DNA of 64,000 nt, taken from NCBI GenBank assembly GCA_032249395.1, contig JAVVFY010000001.1, positions 77,476-141,475 of the forward strand. Direction: 5' to 3'. Each line of letters opens with the position of its first letter. Positions within the stretch are counted from its first letter, which is position 1. Source of the stretch: Candidatus Aenigmatarchaeota archaeon. GTDB lineage: Archaea; Aenigmatarchaeota; Aenigmatarchaeia; CG10238-14; SpSt-28. A program made the position numbers and the translations under genes. The notes below the pieces were generated by a model. It saw only the letters and a program-made list of their open reading frames with translations, searched no databases and had not been told where the DNA came from. Positions 49,101 through 58,476 of the stretch are shown here, piece by piece.

Positions 49101-49163
49101 AAGCGTGAAATGAAAAAGTTTGATTTTTTAGTTTTTTTATAGTATGAATTCTACATTTTTCTA

Positions 49164-50414
49164 ATGAAGATTGAATTTTTGGGTGCGATGGGATGCGTAG
49201 GAGCAAGCGGAGTTTTAGTAGAAGAAAATAATGATAGAATTGTTTTAGATTATGGAACAAAGCCAAGAGAAATTCCACCAAAATTTCCTTTACCAGTAGA
49301 AAAACCAAAAGCTTTACTGCTTTCACACGCCCATTTAGATCATTCGGGCGGAATCCCTTTGCTTGTTAAAGAATATTCAACTCCAATTTATGCTTTAGAT
49401 GTAACAAAAGATTTAACTGAACTCTTGCTAGAAGATTCAATAAAGGTTTCGAGAGAAGAAGGGGTAGAATTACCTTTTAATGAGTTCGACATTAAGCAGA
49501 CTATAAAAAATTTTGTTTTAGTTAATTACAACAAGCCTTTCAAGATTGGCAATTTCCAAATAACTTACTTTGACGCCGGTCATATTCCAGGATCGGCAAT
49601 GATTTTTGTTGAAACAGATAAAACTAATTTGCTATATACAGGAGACTTTAATGATATAAACACAAGGCTGTTAGAAAAGTGTGAAGAAGATTTACCAAAA
49701 ATAAAAAATTTGATAATAGAGAGTACCTACTCTGATAGAGAACATCCTGATAGAAAAAGAGAAGAAAGAGAACTAGTAAAAATGATTGAAGAAACAATTT
49801 CTGATAATCAACCAGCAATAGTTGCAGCTTTTGCTGTTGGAAGGGCTCAAGAAATTTTATTAATACTAGCAAAGCATGGAGTTTCGTATCCTATTTTCAT
49901 GGATGGAATGGCAAAAAAAGCAACAACAATAATAAACAAATATAAAAAGTATTTGAGAGAACCTGAAGATTTTGAGGAAGCTTTAAGGCTCGTTACTTAT
50001 GTTAAAGGGAGAATGAGGAGAAGATTGGTAAAGGAAGCTGCTTGCATAATAACAACTAGTGGCATGTTAACTGGTGGACCTGTTGTTAAATACATTGAAA
50101 AACTTCATAAAAAGGAAAGAGCGAGCTTGATTTTGACAGGTTGGCAAATTGAAGGTACGCCAGGAAGAACTTTACTAGAAACAGGCAGGTTTATTTACGA
50201 AAATTTTGAATTAGAAGTTAAAATGAGAGTTAAAAGATTTGATTTTTCAGCTCATGCAGGAAGAAAAGGATTATTTGAGTTTGTTAAGAGAATTAACCCT
50301 GAAAAAGTTTTCTGCATTCATGGCGATCATACAGAAGAGTTTGCCGAAGAATTAAAAAGAGAAGGTTTTGACGCTATAGCTCCTTTAGCAAACAATAGAA
50401 TTTTTGAGTTATAG
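49164..50414 (+). CDS. Beta-CASP metallo-beta-lactamase ribonuclease (aCPSF2-like)
   Basis: SHAHLDH, AGHIPGS, YTGD, ESTY, FSAH, HG. Confidence 0.92.
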   Translation: MKIEFLGAMGCVGASGVLVEENNDRIVLDYGTKPREIPPKFPLPVEKPKALLLSHAHLDHSGGIPLLVKEYSTPIYALDVTKDLTELLLEDSIKVSREEGVELPFNEFDIKQTIKNFVLVNYNKPFKIGNFQITYFDAGHIPGSAMIFVETDKTNLLYTGDFNDINTRLLEKCEEDLPKIKNLIIESTYSDREHPDRKREERELVKMIEETISDNQPAIVAAFAVGRAQEILLILAKHGVSYPIFMDGMAKKATTIINKYKKYLREPEDFEEALRLVTYVKGRMRRRLVKEAACIITTSGMLTGGPVVKYIEKLHKKERASLILTGWQIEGTPGRTLLETGRFIYENFELEVKMRVKRFDFSAHAGRKGLFEFVKRINPEKVFCIHGDHTEEFAEELKREGFDAIAPLANNRIFEL

Positions 50415-50786
50415 GTAAGGAAAGCCTAATTCCCTAGCTTTTTCAATTATTTCCTCGTAGTTTGTTAACTCTCCTTCTATTTTTATTTTAATAATGTTGA
50501 TTTTTACTTTCCCATTTCTCTCTTTTCTATTTTCTCCATCCAAGAAGTATATCTTTGCATACGGGCAAGTAATGCAATTTCCATTATGGTTTACAAAAAG
50601 TTGAGTATATTTTTTAATTGACAAATATTCTTTATTTCCTTCTCCAACAGCTATTATCGTTTCCCTGGAAGAGTATGGGTCATGATACCCATTTCTACCA
50701 TTATGGTATTTGCATGTTATTACTACTGTTTGGTAATTCCCTTTCATATTTTTAAATAGATTTTTGGGTTTAAAAATATTTACCAT
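50409..50786 (-). CDS. Hypothetical protein
   Basis: ORF only; scattered C/H residues. Confidence 0.45.
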   Translation of the reverse strand: MVNIFKPKNLFKNMKGNYQTVVITCKYHNGRNGYHDPYSSRETIIAVGEGNKEYLSIKKYTQLFVNHNGNCITCPYAKIYFLDGENRKERNGKVKINIIKIKIEGELTNYEEIIEKARELGFPYL

Positions 50787-50841
50787 CTAATAGTAATGAA
50801 AAGTAGAAAGCTTTAAATACTTTAACTACTAAAAAGTAAAT

Positions 50842-51117
50842 ATGAACAGATTAGATTTAAAGCAACAGCTTGAAATTTGCTATAGGAACTACAAAAAATG
50901 GAAAGAGTTAGCTTTTTCTTCTGATGGAATAGAATCTAAAAAGGCTATGGAAAGGGCTTTTTTCTGGCTGGAGATGCATTCTGCTTTTTTTGCTGTTGGG
51001 ACTTTAGAAAAAAGCAAAAATATGGACAAAGAGGATATTTTAAAACTAATTCAACTGAAATCAAAACTTGTTGAAAGATTGGCAGAATACGCAAAAACTT
51101 TGATAGAAGATTTCTAG
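50842..51117 (+). CDS. Hypothetical protein
   Basis: 91-aa helical ORF with TATA-like TTTAAATA upstream. Confidence 0.6.
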   Translation: MNRLDLKQQLEICYRNYKKWKELAFSSDGIESKKAMERAFFWLEMHSAFFAVGTLEKSKNMDKEDILKLIQLKSKLVERLAEYAKTLIEDF

Positions 51118-51168
51118 AGAATGAATTTTTAAATTCCCCATCTTAATTCTAATTGGAGGTGCAAAAAA

Positions 51169-51351
51169 ATGGCAAAGAAAGAAGAAAAGGCACTAGTTGT
51201 TAAGTCTGCTGTTAGAGAACTAGTTGGCAACTTAAGAGTATCAGAAGACTTTTGGGAAGCTTTGAATAAGAGTGTATCAGAACTTGTTAAGAAAGCTGTA
51301 GAGAGAGCTAAAGCAAACGGAAGAAAGACTGTTAGAGGAGCCGACCTCTAA
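51169..51351 (+). CDS. Histone-fold protein (short alpha-3, DUF1931-like)
   Basis: VVKSAVRE..RVS.DF.EAL..A.ERAKANGRKTVR..DL; GGAGGTG SD. Confidence 0.85.
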   Translation: MAKKEEKALVVKSAVRELVGNLRVSEDFWEALNKSVSELVKKAVERAKANGRKTVRGADL

Positions 51352-51930
51352 ATGAAAATAATAGGAATAACAGGAACTTTAGCAAGTGGCAAAACAAGCG
51401 TTAAAGATTTTTTCCTCTCCCGTTTTTCTTCTTCTTATTTTATTTCTTTATCTGACATAATTAAAGAGGAACTTCTAAAAGAAGGTAAAGAGCTTAAAAG
51501 AGAGAATTTTATAGAAAAAGGTAATGAATTAAGGAAAAGGTATGGATTCCAAATTCTTGTGGAAGTGGCAACTTTAACTCTTCCGAAAAATACTAATAAC
51601 CTAATCGTTATTATTGATGGTGTAAGAAATCCAGGTGAAGTAGAGTATCTAAAGAAGAAATTTGGAAAGAATTTTGTTTTAATTGCTGTTGATGCTCCAA
51701 AAGAGCTTAGATTTAAAAGATTGTTAGAACGAAAGAAAGAAGGAGACCCCCAAACCTTTGAAGAATTCAATGAAATAGATGAAACAGATAATGGCAAAAA
51801 TCAGCCCGAGTATGGGCAAAGAGTTGGGGAGTGTTTAAAGCTTGCTGACTATTTGATAATCAATGATGGTTCTTTAGACGAACTGAATAAAAAATTGGAA
51901 AAAATATCAAAGCTTATTCTTTCTTCATAA
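51352..51930 (+). CDS. P-loop kinase (UPF0200/dephospho-CoA kinase-like)
   Basis: GTLASGKT, IDGVRN, ADYLIINDG. Confidence 0.8.
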   Translation: MKIIGITGTLASGKTSVKDFFLSRFSSSYFISLSDIIKEELLKEGKELKRENFIEKGNELRKRYGFQILVEVATLTLPKNTNNLIVIIDGVRNPGEVEYLKKKFGKNFVLIAVDAPKELRFKRLLERKKEGDPQTFEEFNEIDETDNGKNQPEYGQRVGECLKLADYLIINDGSLDELNKKLEKISKLILSS

Positions 51931-52579
51931 GAACAACTTTCGTATAGGCCGATGCCAATTGTTCAAATTTTTCAGCATCTTTTTCGCTACCAACAATGCT
52001 ACCATAATGCATTGGTATTGTGTATTTTGGCTTTATTGTTCTAACTGCTTCTACAGCCTCTTCAACATTCATCGTATAAGTTCCGCCTATTGGTAGCATA
52101 GCTATGTCGATTCTTCCTAAATTGTTCATTTCTGGAATGAAATCTGTATCTCCGGCGTGATAAATTCTTATCTTATCTATTTCTATAACATATCCAACGT
52201 ATCCCATTTCCTTTGGATGAAAAACAACACCAGGGGCTCTAAACTTGTTAACATTATATGCGGGGACTGCCTCTATTTCCGCATTGTTAACTTTTGCCCT
52301 ATCTCCTGGAATAAAATACAATATTTTTGCTACATCCGCTTTGAAATTATCAACTTTTGCTCTGCACATTTTTGAGGCAATAATTACTGCTTGTTTGTTG
52401 ACTAACATTTTAATATCATCTATGCTGCAATGATCGAAGTGGTCGTGAGTTATTAAAATTAAATCTGCATCCTTCTCTGGGATTCTAATCTGAAAAGGAT
52501 CTATAAAAATTTTTTGTTCTTTTTCTATTTTGAAAGAGGCATGACCAAGCCACTTAATTTCTATACCAAGAATCTCCAT
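51914..52579 (-). CDS. Metallo-beta-lactamase fold hydrolase (UPF0173-like)
   Basis: WLGHASF, THDHFDH, YHAGDT, PMHY. Confidence 0.9.
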   Translation of the reverse strand: MEILGIEIKWLGHASFKIEKEQKIFIDPFQIRIPEKDADLILITHDHFDHCSIDDIKMLVNKQAVIIASKMCRAKVDNFKADVAKILYFIPGDRAKVNNAEIEAVPAYNVNKFRAPGVVFHPKEMGYVGYVIEIDKIRIYHAGDTDFIPEMNNLGRIDIAMLPIGGTYTMNVEEAVEAVRTIKPKYTIPMHYGSIVGSEKDAEKFEQLASAYTKVVLMKKE

Positions 52580-52768
52580 ATTCAGTTTTTTAGATAATAT
52601 TTAAAAGCTTTAAACTTTAAACCATTATAAAGGAAAGGCTCTCTTTTTGTATTTTTTCGCGTGACACAATTTATATACATCGGTTTTCAAGGTAAGAATC
52701 ACCCTTCTATTAATTAAAAATGTAGCAAATTCTATAAAACTTTTAAATACAAGAAATCAATAAACTCT

Positions 52769-53104
52769 ATGGCAATAAGCGATTTTCTACCTTTTAGCAA
52801 GAAAGAAAAAGAAGTTGAAGTTAGTGAAGTAGAGGAGTTAAGAATTCCAGAAGAAAAGGAAAAGATAAAAATAAAAGTGGAAAAGATTTTAAAGTCAGAA
52901 GATGTTGATAAAGTTGTTAGAGTTGCTAAGCAGTCTATAGTAATTGTTAAAACTCAAGAACTGCAAAAGAAAGATTTTGGATACACTCAAACACTTATAG
53001 CTAAGCTTAAAAGAAATTGTAAGCAAAACAATATTGATTTAGTTGGTACCTCGGATGGTTATTTGATTCTGGCTCCACCATTCGTTGAAATAATTAGAGA
53101 ATAG
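52769..53104 (+). CDS. sepF: Cell division protein SepF
   Basis: N-terminal amphipathic stretch; core pattern DV..V...IVIV..L..LK....D.VG....LILAP..VEI. Confidence 0.7.
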   Translation: MAISDFLPFSKKEKEVEVSEVEELRIPEEKEKIKIKVEKILKSEDVDKVVRVAKQSIVIVKTQELQKKDFGYTQTLIAKLKRNCKQNNIDLVGTSDGYLILAPPFVEIIRE

Positions 53105-53115
53105 GGTGAATTTAA

Positions 53116-54735
53116 TTTAGCGAAGACCTTCTAAGGTTAAAGAAACTAGTAAAAGAGTTAGAAAAAATAAAAGGTAGGCATACCGAATTAGTCTCGGTTT
53201 ACATACCAGCGGGCTATAATCTTTACGAAATTATCAATCAATTAGTTCAAGAAAGGTCTACTGCGGAAAACATTAAAAGTAAGTCAACTCGAAAGAACGT
53301 GATTTCTGCATTAGAAAAGATAATTCAGTATTTGCGTTTGCTCAAGAGAACTCCAGATAATGGTTTAGCAATTTTTGCGGGGAATGTTTCCGAGTTTGAG
53401 GGAAAAGAGGACATAAGGCTTTGGGCTATCGAACCTCCAGAAAAATTAGAAACCAAAATTTATTGGTGCGATCAAGTATTTGTTCTAGATCCGCTTAAAG
53501 ATATGTTAAGAGAGAAAGATGTCTATGGGCTAATAGTTTTAGATGCTCGAGAAGCAACGATAGGTATACTAAAGGGAAAGAAAGTAATAGTAAGGAAGAA
53601 GTTAGATTCGACGGTCCCAAGCAAAACAGTTAAAGGTGGTATGTGTTTACATAAATCTACATTGGTGAAGCTTTCAAACGGTAAGGAAGTTCCAATAAAT
53701 AAGATAAAGAAAGGAGATGAAGTACTTTGTTTCGATTTTACAGAAATGAGAATAAAAACGGGTATAGTAGAAAATATTTACAAAAGGAAAGTGGAGAAAG
53801 CAAGAAAAATTTTCTTCGAAAAAGATTCGCTAATAGCTAGTTACGATCATTTAATTTTCGTAAAAAAAGATAAAGATAAAATTGAAGAAAAATTCGTTAG
53901 GGATTTAGAAAAGCAAGATACAGTTTTTGTGTTGGATGGTAATGAGGTCATAGAGGCAAAAATAAAAAATACTAACGAAACTTTTGTTGAGGCTTCAATA
54001 TTCTTTTATGACTTAGAGGTTAAGCCGTATGGGAATTATTTTGCCAACGGTTTGTTGGTTCACAATTCTCAAGGAAGATATGACAGACTAAGAGAGGATG
54101 CCATTAACGATTTCCTAACTAAAGTTGGAGAAGTTGCATCAAATGTTTTCCTAGAGGAAAAGGTCAATGGAGTGTTAATAGGCGGTCCAGGCCCTATAAA
54201 AGAAAGGTTAGTTAAGGAAGACTATTTAAATTACCAAATTAGAAATAAGGTGCTTACTGTAAAAGATGTTGGATATACTGATGAATACGGTTTGGAAGAA
54301 CTAGTCAAAAGGTCGGAAGACGTCCTTCAACAAGCAGAAATATTTAAAGAGAAAAAATTGCTAAACGAGTTTTTCGTTAAGTTGAAAGATAAAGGGAATG
54401 TTGTAGTAGGATTGGATAAAACTATTAAAGCATTAGAGGCGGGAGCAGTTAGCGATTTGATAATTTTGGAAGATTTCGAGTATGTTAGAAAACGTTTAGT
54501 TTGCGAAAATGGACATAAAAAAGAAGTTATAGTTAAAAAGGATGATAGAGTCAGTTGTGATTTATGTGGTAAAGAAATGAGTGTTGAAAAAGAAGAAGAA
54601 ATACTTGATGATATAGTGATAAAAGCGGAAGAGTTGGGGGCAAGAGTCCATTTTGTATCTCATGATACTGAAGAGGGTAAGGGATTTAAAAGCATGGGCG
54701 GAATTGGAGCTTTTCTAAGATTTAAGATCGAGTGA
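53116..54735 (+). CDS. prf1: Peptide chain release factor aRF1, intein-containing; true start unresolved
   Basis: Open frame from 53116: KGRHTELVSVYIP, NIKS, YWCDQVF, GGM|intein|SQ, GGPG, GGIGAFLRF. Confidence 0.92.
   Translation, partial: FSEDLLRLKKLVKELEKIKGRHTELVSVYIPAGYNLYEIINQLVQERSTAENIKSKSTRKNVISALEKIIQYLRLLKRTPDNGLAIFAGNVSEFEGKEDIRLWAIEPPEKLETKIYWCDQVFVLDPLKDMLREKDVYGLIVLDAREATIGILKGKKVIVRKKLDSTVPSKTVKGGMCLHKSTLVKLSNGKEVPINKIKKGDEVLCFDFTEMRIKTGIVENIYKRKVEKARKIFFEKDSLIASYDHLIFVKKDKDKIEEKFVRDLEKQDTVFVLDGNEVIEAKIKNTNETFVEASIFFYDLEVKPYGNYFANGLLVHNSQGRYDRLREDAINDFLTKVGEVASNVFLEEKVNGVLIGGPGPIKERLVKEDYLNYQIRNKVLTVKDVGYTDEYGLEELVKRSEDVLQQAEIFKEKKLLNEFFVKLKDKGNVVVGLDKTIKALEAGAVSDLIILEDFEYVRKRLVCENGHKKEVIVKKDDRVSCDLCGKEMSVEKEEEILDDIVIKAEELGARVHFVSHDTEEGKGFKSMGGIGAFLRFKIE
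53644..54066 (+). mobile_element. Mini-intein (141 aa) in aRF1
   Basis: Starts CLHKST; ASYDH block B; FYDLEV..NYFANGLLVHN followed by S; no endonuclease domain. Confidence 0.93.
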
Positions 54736-54796
54736 AAAACATAAAACAAAACTAAATATATTATTAGAGAATACAGTCTCTCCCCAAAATAGAATT

Positions 54797-55219
54797 TTAA
54801 ATGTCCAGAACTACTTGAGCCTTCCATATATTATCTTCTTTCCAAATTTTCATGTGGTGGTAAGTGGCAGCTTTAACAACAGTTCTAGTTTGATGTTTTT
54901 CGTGGCTAATCTCCTCCCCTTTACAAACTGCTTCTAGCTTATAATTTTTTTCGTCGACATTAACGTCGAACTCAACAAAAGCCAGATTTTTGCTATCAAC
55001 AACATAGAGTAATTCATTTAGCCAGTTAAACATTAGAGATTCTAAGTCGTGACCTTCGGCAAAAATTTTTTCTTCCACTCTTTTTTCTATTTGATTAGTA
55101 TCTATCATTACTTCAAACATAGCTAGTGCTGCGTTAGCAAAAAGCTCGTTTAAATTTTTACCATAAGCTATAAATGCTACATCTGCGGTAGTTATATCGA
55201 CAAATTCAAATTGTTTCAT
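54797..55219 (-). CDS. Archease (RtcB RNA ligase cofactor)
   Basis: TADV, LFANAA, WLNELLY, VKAATYH, LDI. Confidence 0.92.
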   Translation of the reverse strand: MKQFEFVDITTADVAFIAYGKNLNELFANAALAMFEVMIDTNQIEKRVEEKIFAEGHDLESLMFNWLNELLYVVDSKNLAFVEFDVNVDEKNYKLEAVCKGEEISHEKHQTRTVVKAATYHHMKIWKEDNIWKAQVVLDI

Positions 55220-55245
55220 AAAAAAATTTTAAACACTTTTATAAA

Positions 55246-56226
55246 TTGTTTAATTCTTTTCATTCAGAAAATTTTAATGTTTTACCTCCTAATCCTCTTA
55301 TGAGTGCAGATATAAAAGTAGAAATAGAAGAAATACTAAATAAATTAAAGAATTATAGAGAGGTTAACGGAACTTCTATTATTTTGGTGGATGAAACTGA
55401 AATTCTTTATGAGGGGATAGAGGAGAGTAGGTTTTGGTTGGGAGTATACGATCCAGAAGACAATAGAATATACATTCGCCCTTTTACACCGCTTCCTATA
55501 TATGAATCTGAGGGGAATATAGCATTAGAGAAAAGTTATCCGCAATATTGGGAGGAGATAAAAACTAGTTTGATGCGTATCATAAAATATCCGTATAACT
55601 CCGAGTATGAAGTCAGAGAACTAAAATTGTTACTCAAGAAAATTGAAGAAGATGCGAAAGCTAAAGAAGATAAAATAAATGATTTTCCCATTATCGTAAG
55701 GAAGATTAGGCAGATTATCGAATTTTTAGATTTATCACCAGAGTGGAGATTATATGATTTATTAAAGCAATTATCTACCGAAGCACATGAAACCGGACAT
55801 TCTATTTTACATCATTCGATCTTAGGAAAAGAATACTACGATAGTGTTGCGAGACTTCCGCTATTTGAGTTATTAGATGAGGGTTATGCTGAAGCCTTCT
55901 CTTTTAGATTCTTACTAGAAATGATAATAAAAGGGTATTTACCTTATCATTTTACAAAAGAGTATATACTAGGTAGAGTTAGCTCATGCTTGAGAGATAA
56001 TTTATGTGAAGCTAAAATAAAGCTGTTTAGCATCGATAAAGCAGCTAAGAGAATAAAAAGTATAAGTGAAATAGATTTTAAAAGTGGATTGCAAGATGCA
56101 TTAGGCGTTGTAGATAGAAAAATGAAGTATATAGAATATGAATTGATATCTTCTATCCCTTTTGAAGACGAATCTAGAATTCTAGCAAAGATAATTTTCA
56201 GTATGATAGAAAAGGAGAGACAATGA
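55246..56226 (+). CDS. Putative zincin metallopeptidase-like protein
   Basis: LGVY, HETGH, EGYAE; start may be ATG 55300. Confidence 0.55.
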   Translation: MFNSFHSENFNVLPPNPLMSADIKVEIEEILNKLKNYREVNGTSIILVDETEILYEGIEESRFWLGVYDPEDNRIYIRPFTPLPIYESEGNIALEKSYPQYWEEIKTSLMRIIKYPYNSEYEVRELKLLLKKIEEDAKAKEDKINDFPIIVRKIRQIIEFLDLSPEWRLYDLLKQLSTEAHETGHSILHHSILGKEYYDSVARLPLFELLDEGYAEAFSFRFLLEMIIKGYLPYHFTKEYILGRVSSCLRDNLCEAKIKLFSIDKAAKRIKSISEIDFKSGLQDALGVVDRKMKYIEYELISSIPFEDESRILAKIIFSMIEKERQ

Positions 56227-57215
56227 ATTGTGAAGTTAAAATATATATATCACTTATCGATGAAATGCTAGGAAAATATATAGAGAAGTATAGTATTGGG
56301 AGGGAATTCGAATTAAACACAACTACTCCTTTTGGTAGATATCTTCCTGGACAAAATAAAATAATCATCTCAAATCCTCCTATTTTTATGGTAGAAAAAA
56401 GAATGGAAGAATTAGAAAGAGTATTTCCATATGAAGGAGAATTAATAAGAAGGATAGCAATAAAGGCTATCCAATGCCCATATTCTATAACCGGAGGACA
56501 TGTATCTATATTTAAAAAATTGATGGATAGCATATCGGAAGAGATAAAAAACAACGATAAATTAAATATTGAAGATATAAAGAAAATAAGAGATATCGAA
56601 GACATGCTTAATAAATTGAACAAATTTTTAAATGTAGAACCTAGATATAGGTTATATGTATTGAGTGAGTACATTTACAATAATGTGTTTGCAATTGGTG
56701 GCGCTATTTTTTACAACTCACTAATAAAAGGTTATGAAGATGAGCTTTTCTTATCAGAAATTAAGAGACGTAAATTATTTGATATTTTTTATGAGACTTT
56801 TCAAATTCTTTTTTCACTATATTTCTTAACAAAGATTTTTGAGCGATCATACATACCATTAGAAGTTTTAGAAAATGTTTACATATTATTAAAGAAGCAA
56901 TTTGAAGAGATGACGAAGATTAGTAGTGATGAGAAGTTAGTGCTGTATGGTTTTGGAATTAAAGAAATATTAGATGAAATAGGAAATTTATATCGAGATA
57001 AAGCTTCATACTGCTTGCCAGACGAGCAAATAAAAAGAAGAGTTAAACGTGTAAGAAAGGATATAAGAAGAAGAATTGAATACTTAGTTGGAATTGTGAA
57101 ATCTAAAAAATCCACAGAGGTAAAAATAAAAAACATATATAAGATTATCGAAAACAATTTAAAGAAGTCTGAGATGTGTGACTACATTTCACTACTTTAT
57201 CAAAAAATTATGTGA
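56223..57215 (+). CDS. Hypothetical protein, probable inactive paralog of 55246-56226
   Basis: Colinear motifs (FGRY, FLNVEPRYRLY, SLIKGY, LF.IF.E, SYIP) but no HExxH. Confidence 0.55.
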   Translation: MNCEVKIYISLIDEMLGKYIEKYSIGREFELNTTTPFGRYLPGQNKIIISNPPIFMVEKRMEELERVFPYEGELIRRIAIKAIQCPYSITGGHVSIFKKLMDSISEEIKNNDKLNIEDIKKIRDIEDMLNKLNKFLNVEPRYRLYVLSEYIYNNVFAIGGAIFYNSLIKGYEDELFLSEIKRRKLFDIFYETFQILFSLYFLTKIFERSYIPLEVLENVYILLKKQFEEMTKISSDEKLVLYGFGIKEILDEIGNLYRDKASYCLPDEQIKRRVKRVRKDIRRRIEYLVGIVKSKKSTEVKIKNIYKIIENNLKKSEMCDYISLLYQKIM

Positions 57216-57538
57216 GGACCTTTTACATAACGAATAATAAAAAATATTCTAATAATGAAATAATAGCTACAAATTTTTGTTTTAAACAACTTTAGTTCCT
57301 CCAGGTAGTATTTATACATATTGAAGCAAATATACAAATACTTCCATACCATCAGAAGAGAAAATAATAAATAGTTTAAAGATGCAGAATTTTCAAAAGG
57401 ACAATATTAATTTTACAATATTAAATTTATGCAACTTTTATACAACTTCATATAATAAGTTTTTCAAAATGAAAGAGAAACAAAGGTAAAACTTTTAACA
57501 CAACAATAAAGTTAAAATTAAAATTACAATAATTCTTT

Positions 57539-58294
57539 ATGGTTAAAAAGAAAGGACTGCCAAACGTTCACGAACTGGTAGTTGTTAAGGTCACAGAGGT
57601 TACTCAATTTGCTGCTTGGTGCGATTTGCTAGAATATGATGCAAAAGGAATGATACCAATTTCTGAGGCATCGGGAAAATGGATTTTCGATGTGCACGAG
57701 GTTGTTAAAGAGGGAGAAGTTAGAGTTGCAAAGGTCATAAAAGTTGAAGAAGATAAAAATCTTGTTCACTTAAGTTTAAAAAGGGTTTCTAAGACTGATG
57801 AAAAAGAAAAGATGAATGAATTCAGAAAAGAGGAAAGAGGAGAAAAATTGTTAGAAATGGCAGCCAAAATGTTGGGTAAAGACTTGCGTCAAGCTTATGA
57901 AGAAGTCGGTTTCATATTACAGCAGAAATTTGGTAGCTTGTATGAGGCAATAGTAAATGTAAAGAAAAATTATAGCAAATTAGAAAAACTGAAGATTCCA
58001 AAAGAATGGATTGATGCTATTGTTAATATTGCTGAGAAGAATGTGAAGGAAAAAGAAGTTGAGATTAAGTTTGAGATTGAAATAAAAAGCGTGGAACCAA
58101 ATGGTATTGAGATTATAAAAGACGTTCTAAAAGAAATAGAAGAAAAAACTGGAGGAAAGATTAAGTACGTGTCTGCACCAATTTACAGACTAGAATTTAT
58201 AACTAACGATCCAAAAAAGGATGAGAGAAGAATTTTAAGTGCCTTAGAAAAATTAAAAGCAAAATTTTCTAATTTGTCTTTTAGGAGGATTTAA
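57539..58294 (+). CDS. eif2a: Translation initiation factor aIF2 alpha
   Basis: S1 domain LLEY..GMI.ISE, LSLKRV, YVSAP.Y; followed by nop10. Confidence 0.93.
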   Translation: MVKKKGLPNVHELVVVKVTEVTQFAAWCDLLEYDAKGMIPISEASGKWIFDVHEVVKEGEVRVAKVIKVEEDKNLVHLSLKRVSKTDEKEKMNEFRKEERGEKLLEMAAKMLGKDLRQAYEEVGFILQQKFGSLYEAIVNVKKNYSKLEKLKIPKEWIDAIVNIAEKNVKEKEVEIKFEIEIKSVEPNGIEIIKDVLKEIEEKTGGKIKYVSAPIYRLEFITNDPKKDERRILSALEKLKAKFSNLSFRRI

Positions 58295-58476
58295 TGAAAT
58301 TAAGAAAGTGTAATAATTGCAAAAGATATACGCTCAAGGAAATTTGTAACTATTGTGGGAGCAAAACTAGTTATCCACATCCGCCTAGGTATTCGCCAGA
58401 AGACAAGTTTGGAGAATTTAGAAGAAAAACACTTAAAGAAATAGAATCTAGCCAAAAAGAGAAAAGTTTATTATAA
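58294..58476 (+). CDS. nop10: H/ACA RNP protein Nop10
   Basis: KC..C.RYTLK..C..CG..PHPPRYSPEDKFGEFRR. Confidence 0.93.
   Translation: MKLRKCNNCKRYTLKEICNYCGSKTSYPHPPRYSPEDKFGEFRRKTLKEIESSQKEKSLL

Noticed and set aside
53102..53145. BHB intron as the explanation for the missing aRF1 start
   Set aside because: Only a small ACCTT/AAGGT hairpin; no bulge-helix-bulge arrangement whose removal yields an in-frame start
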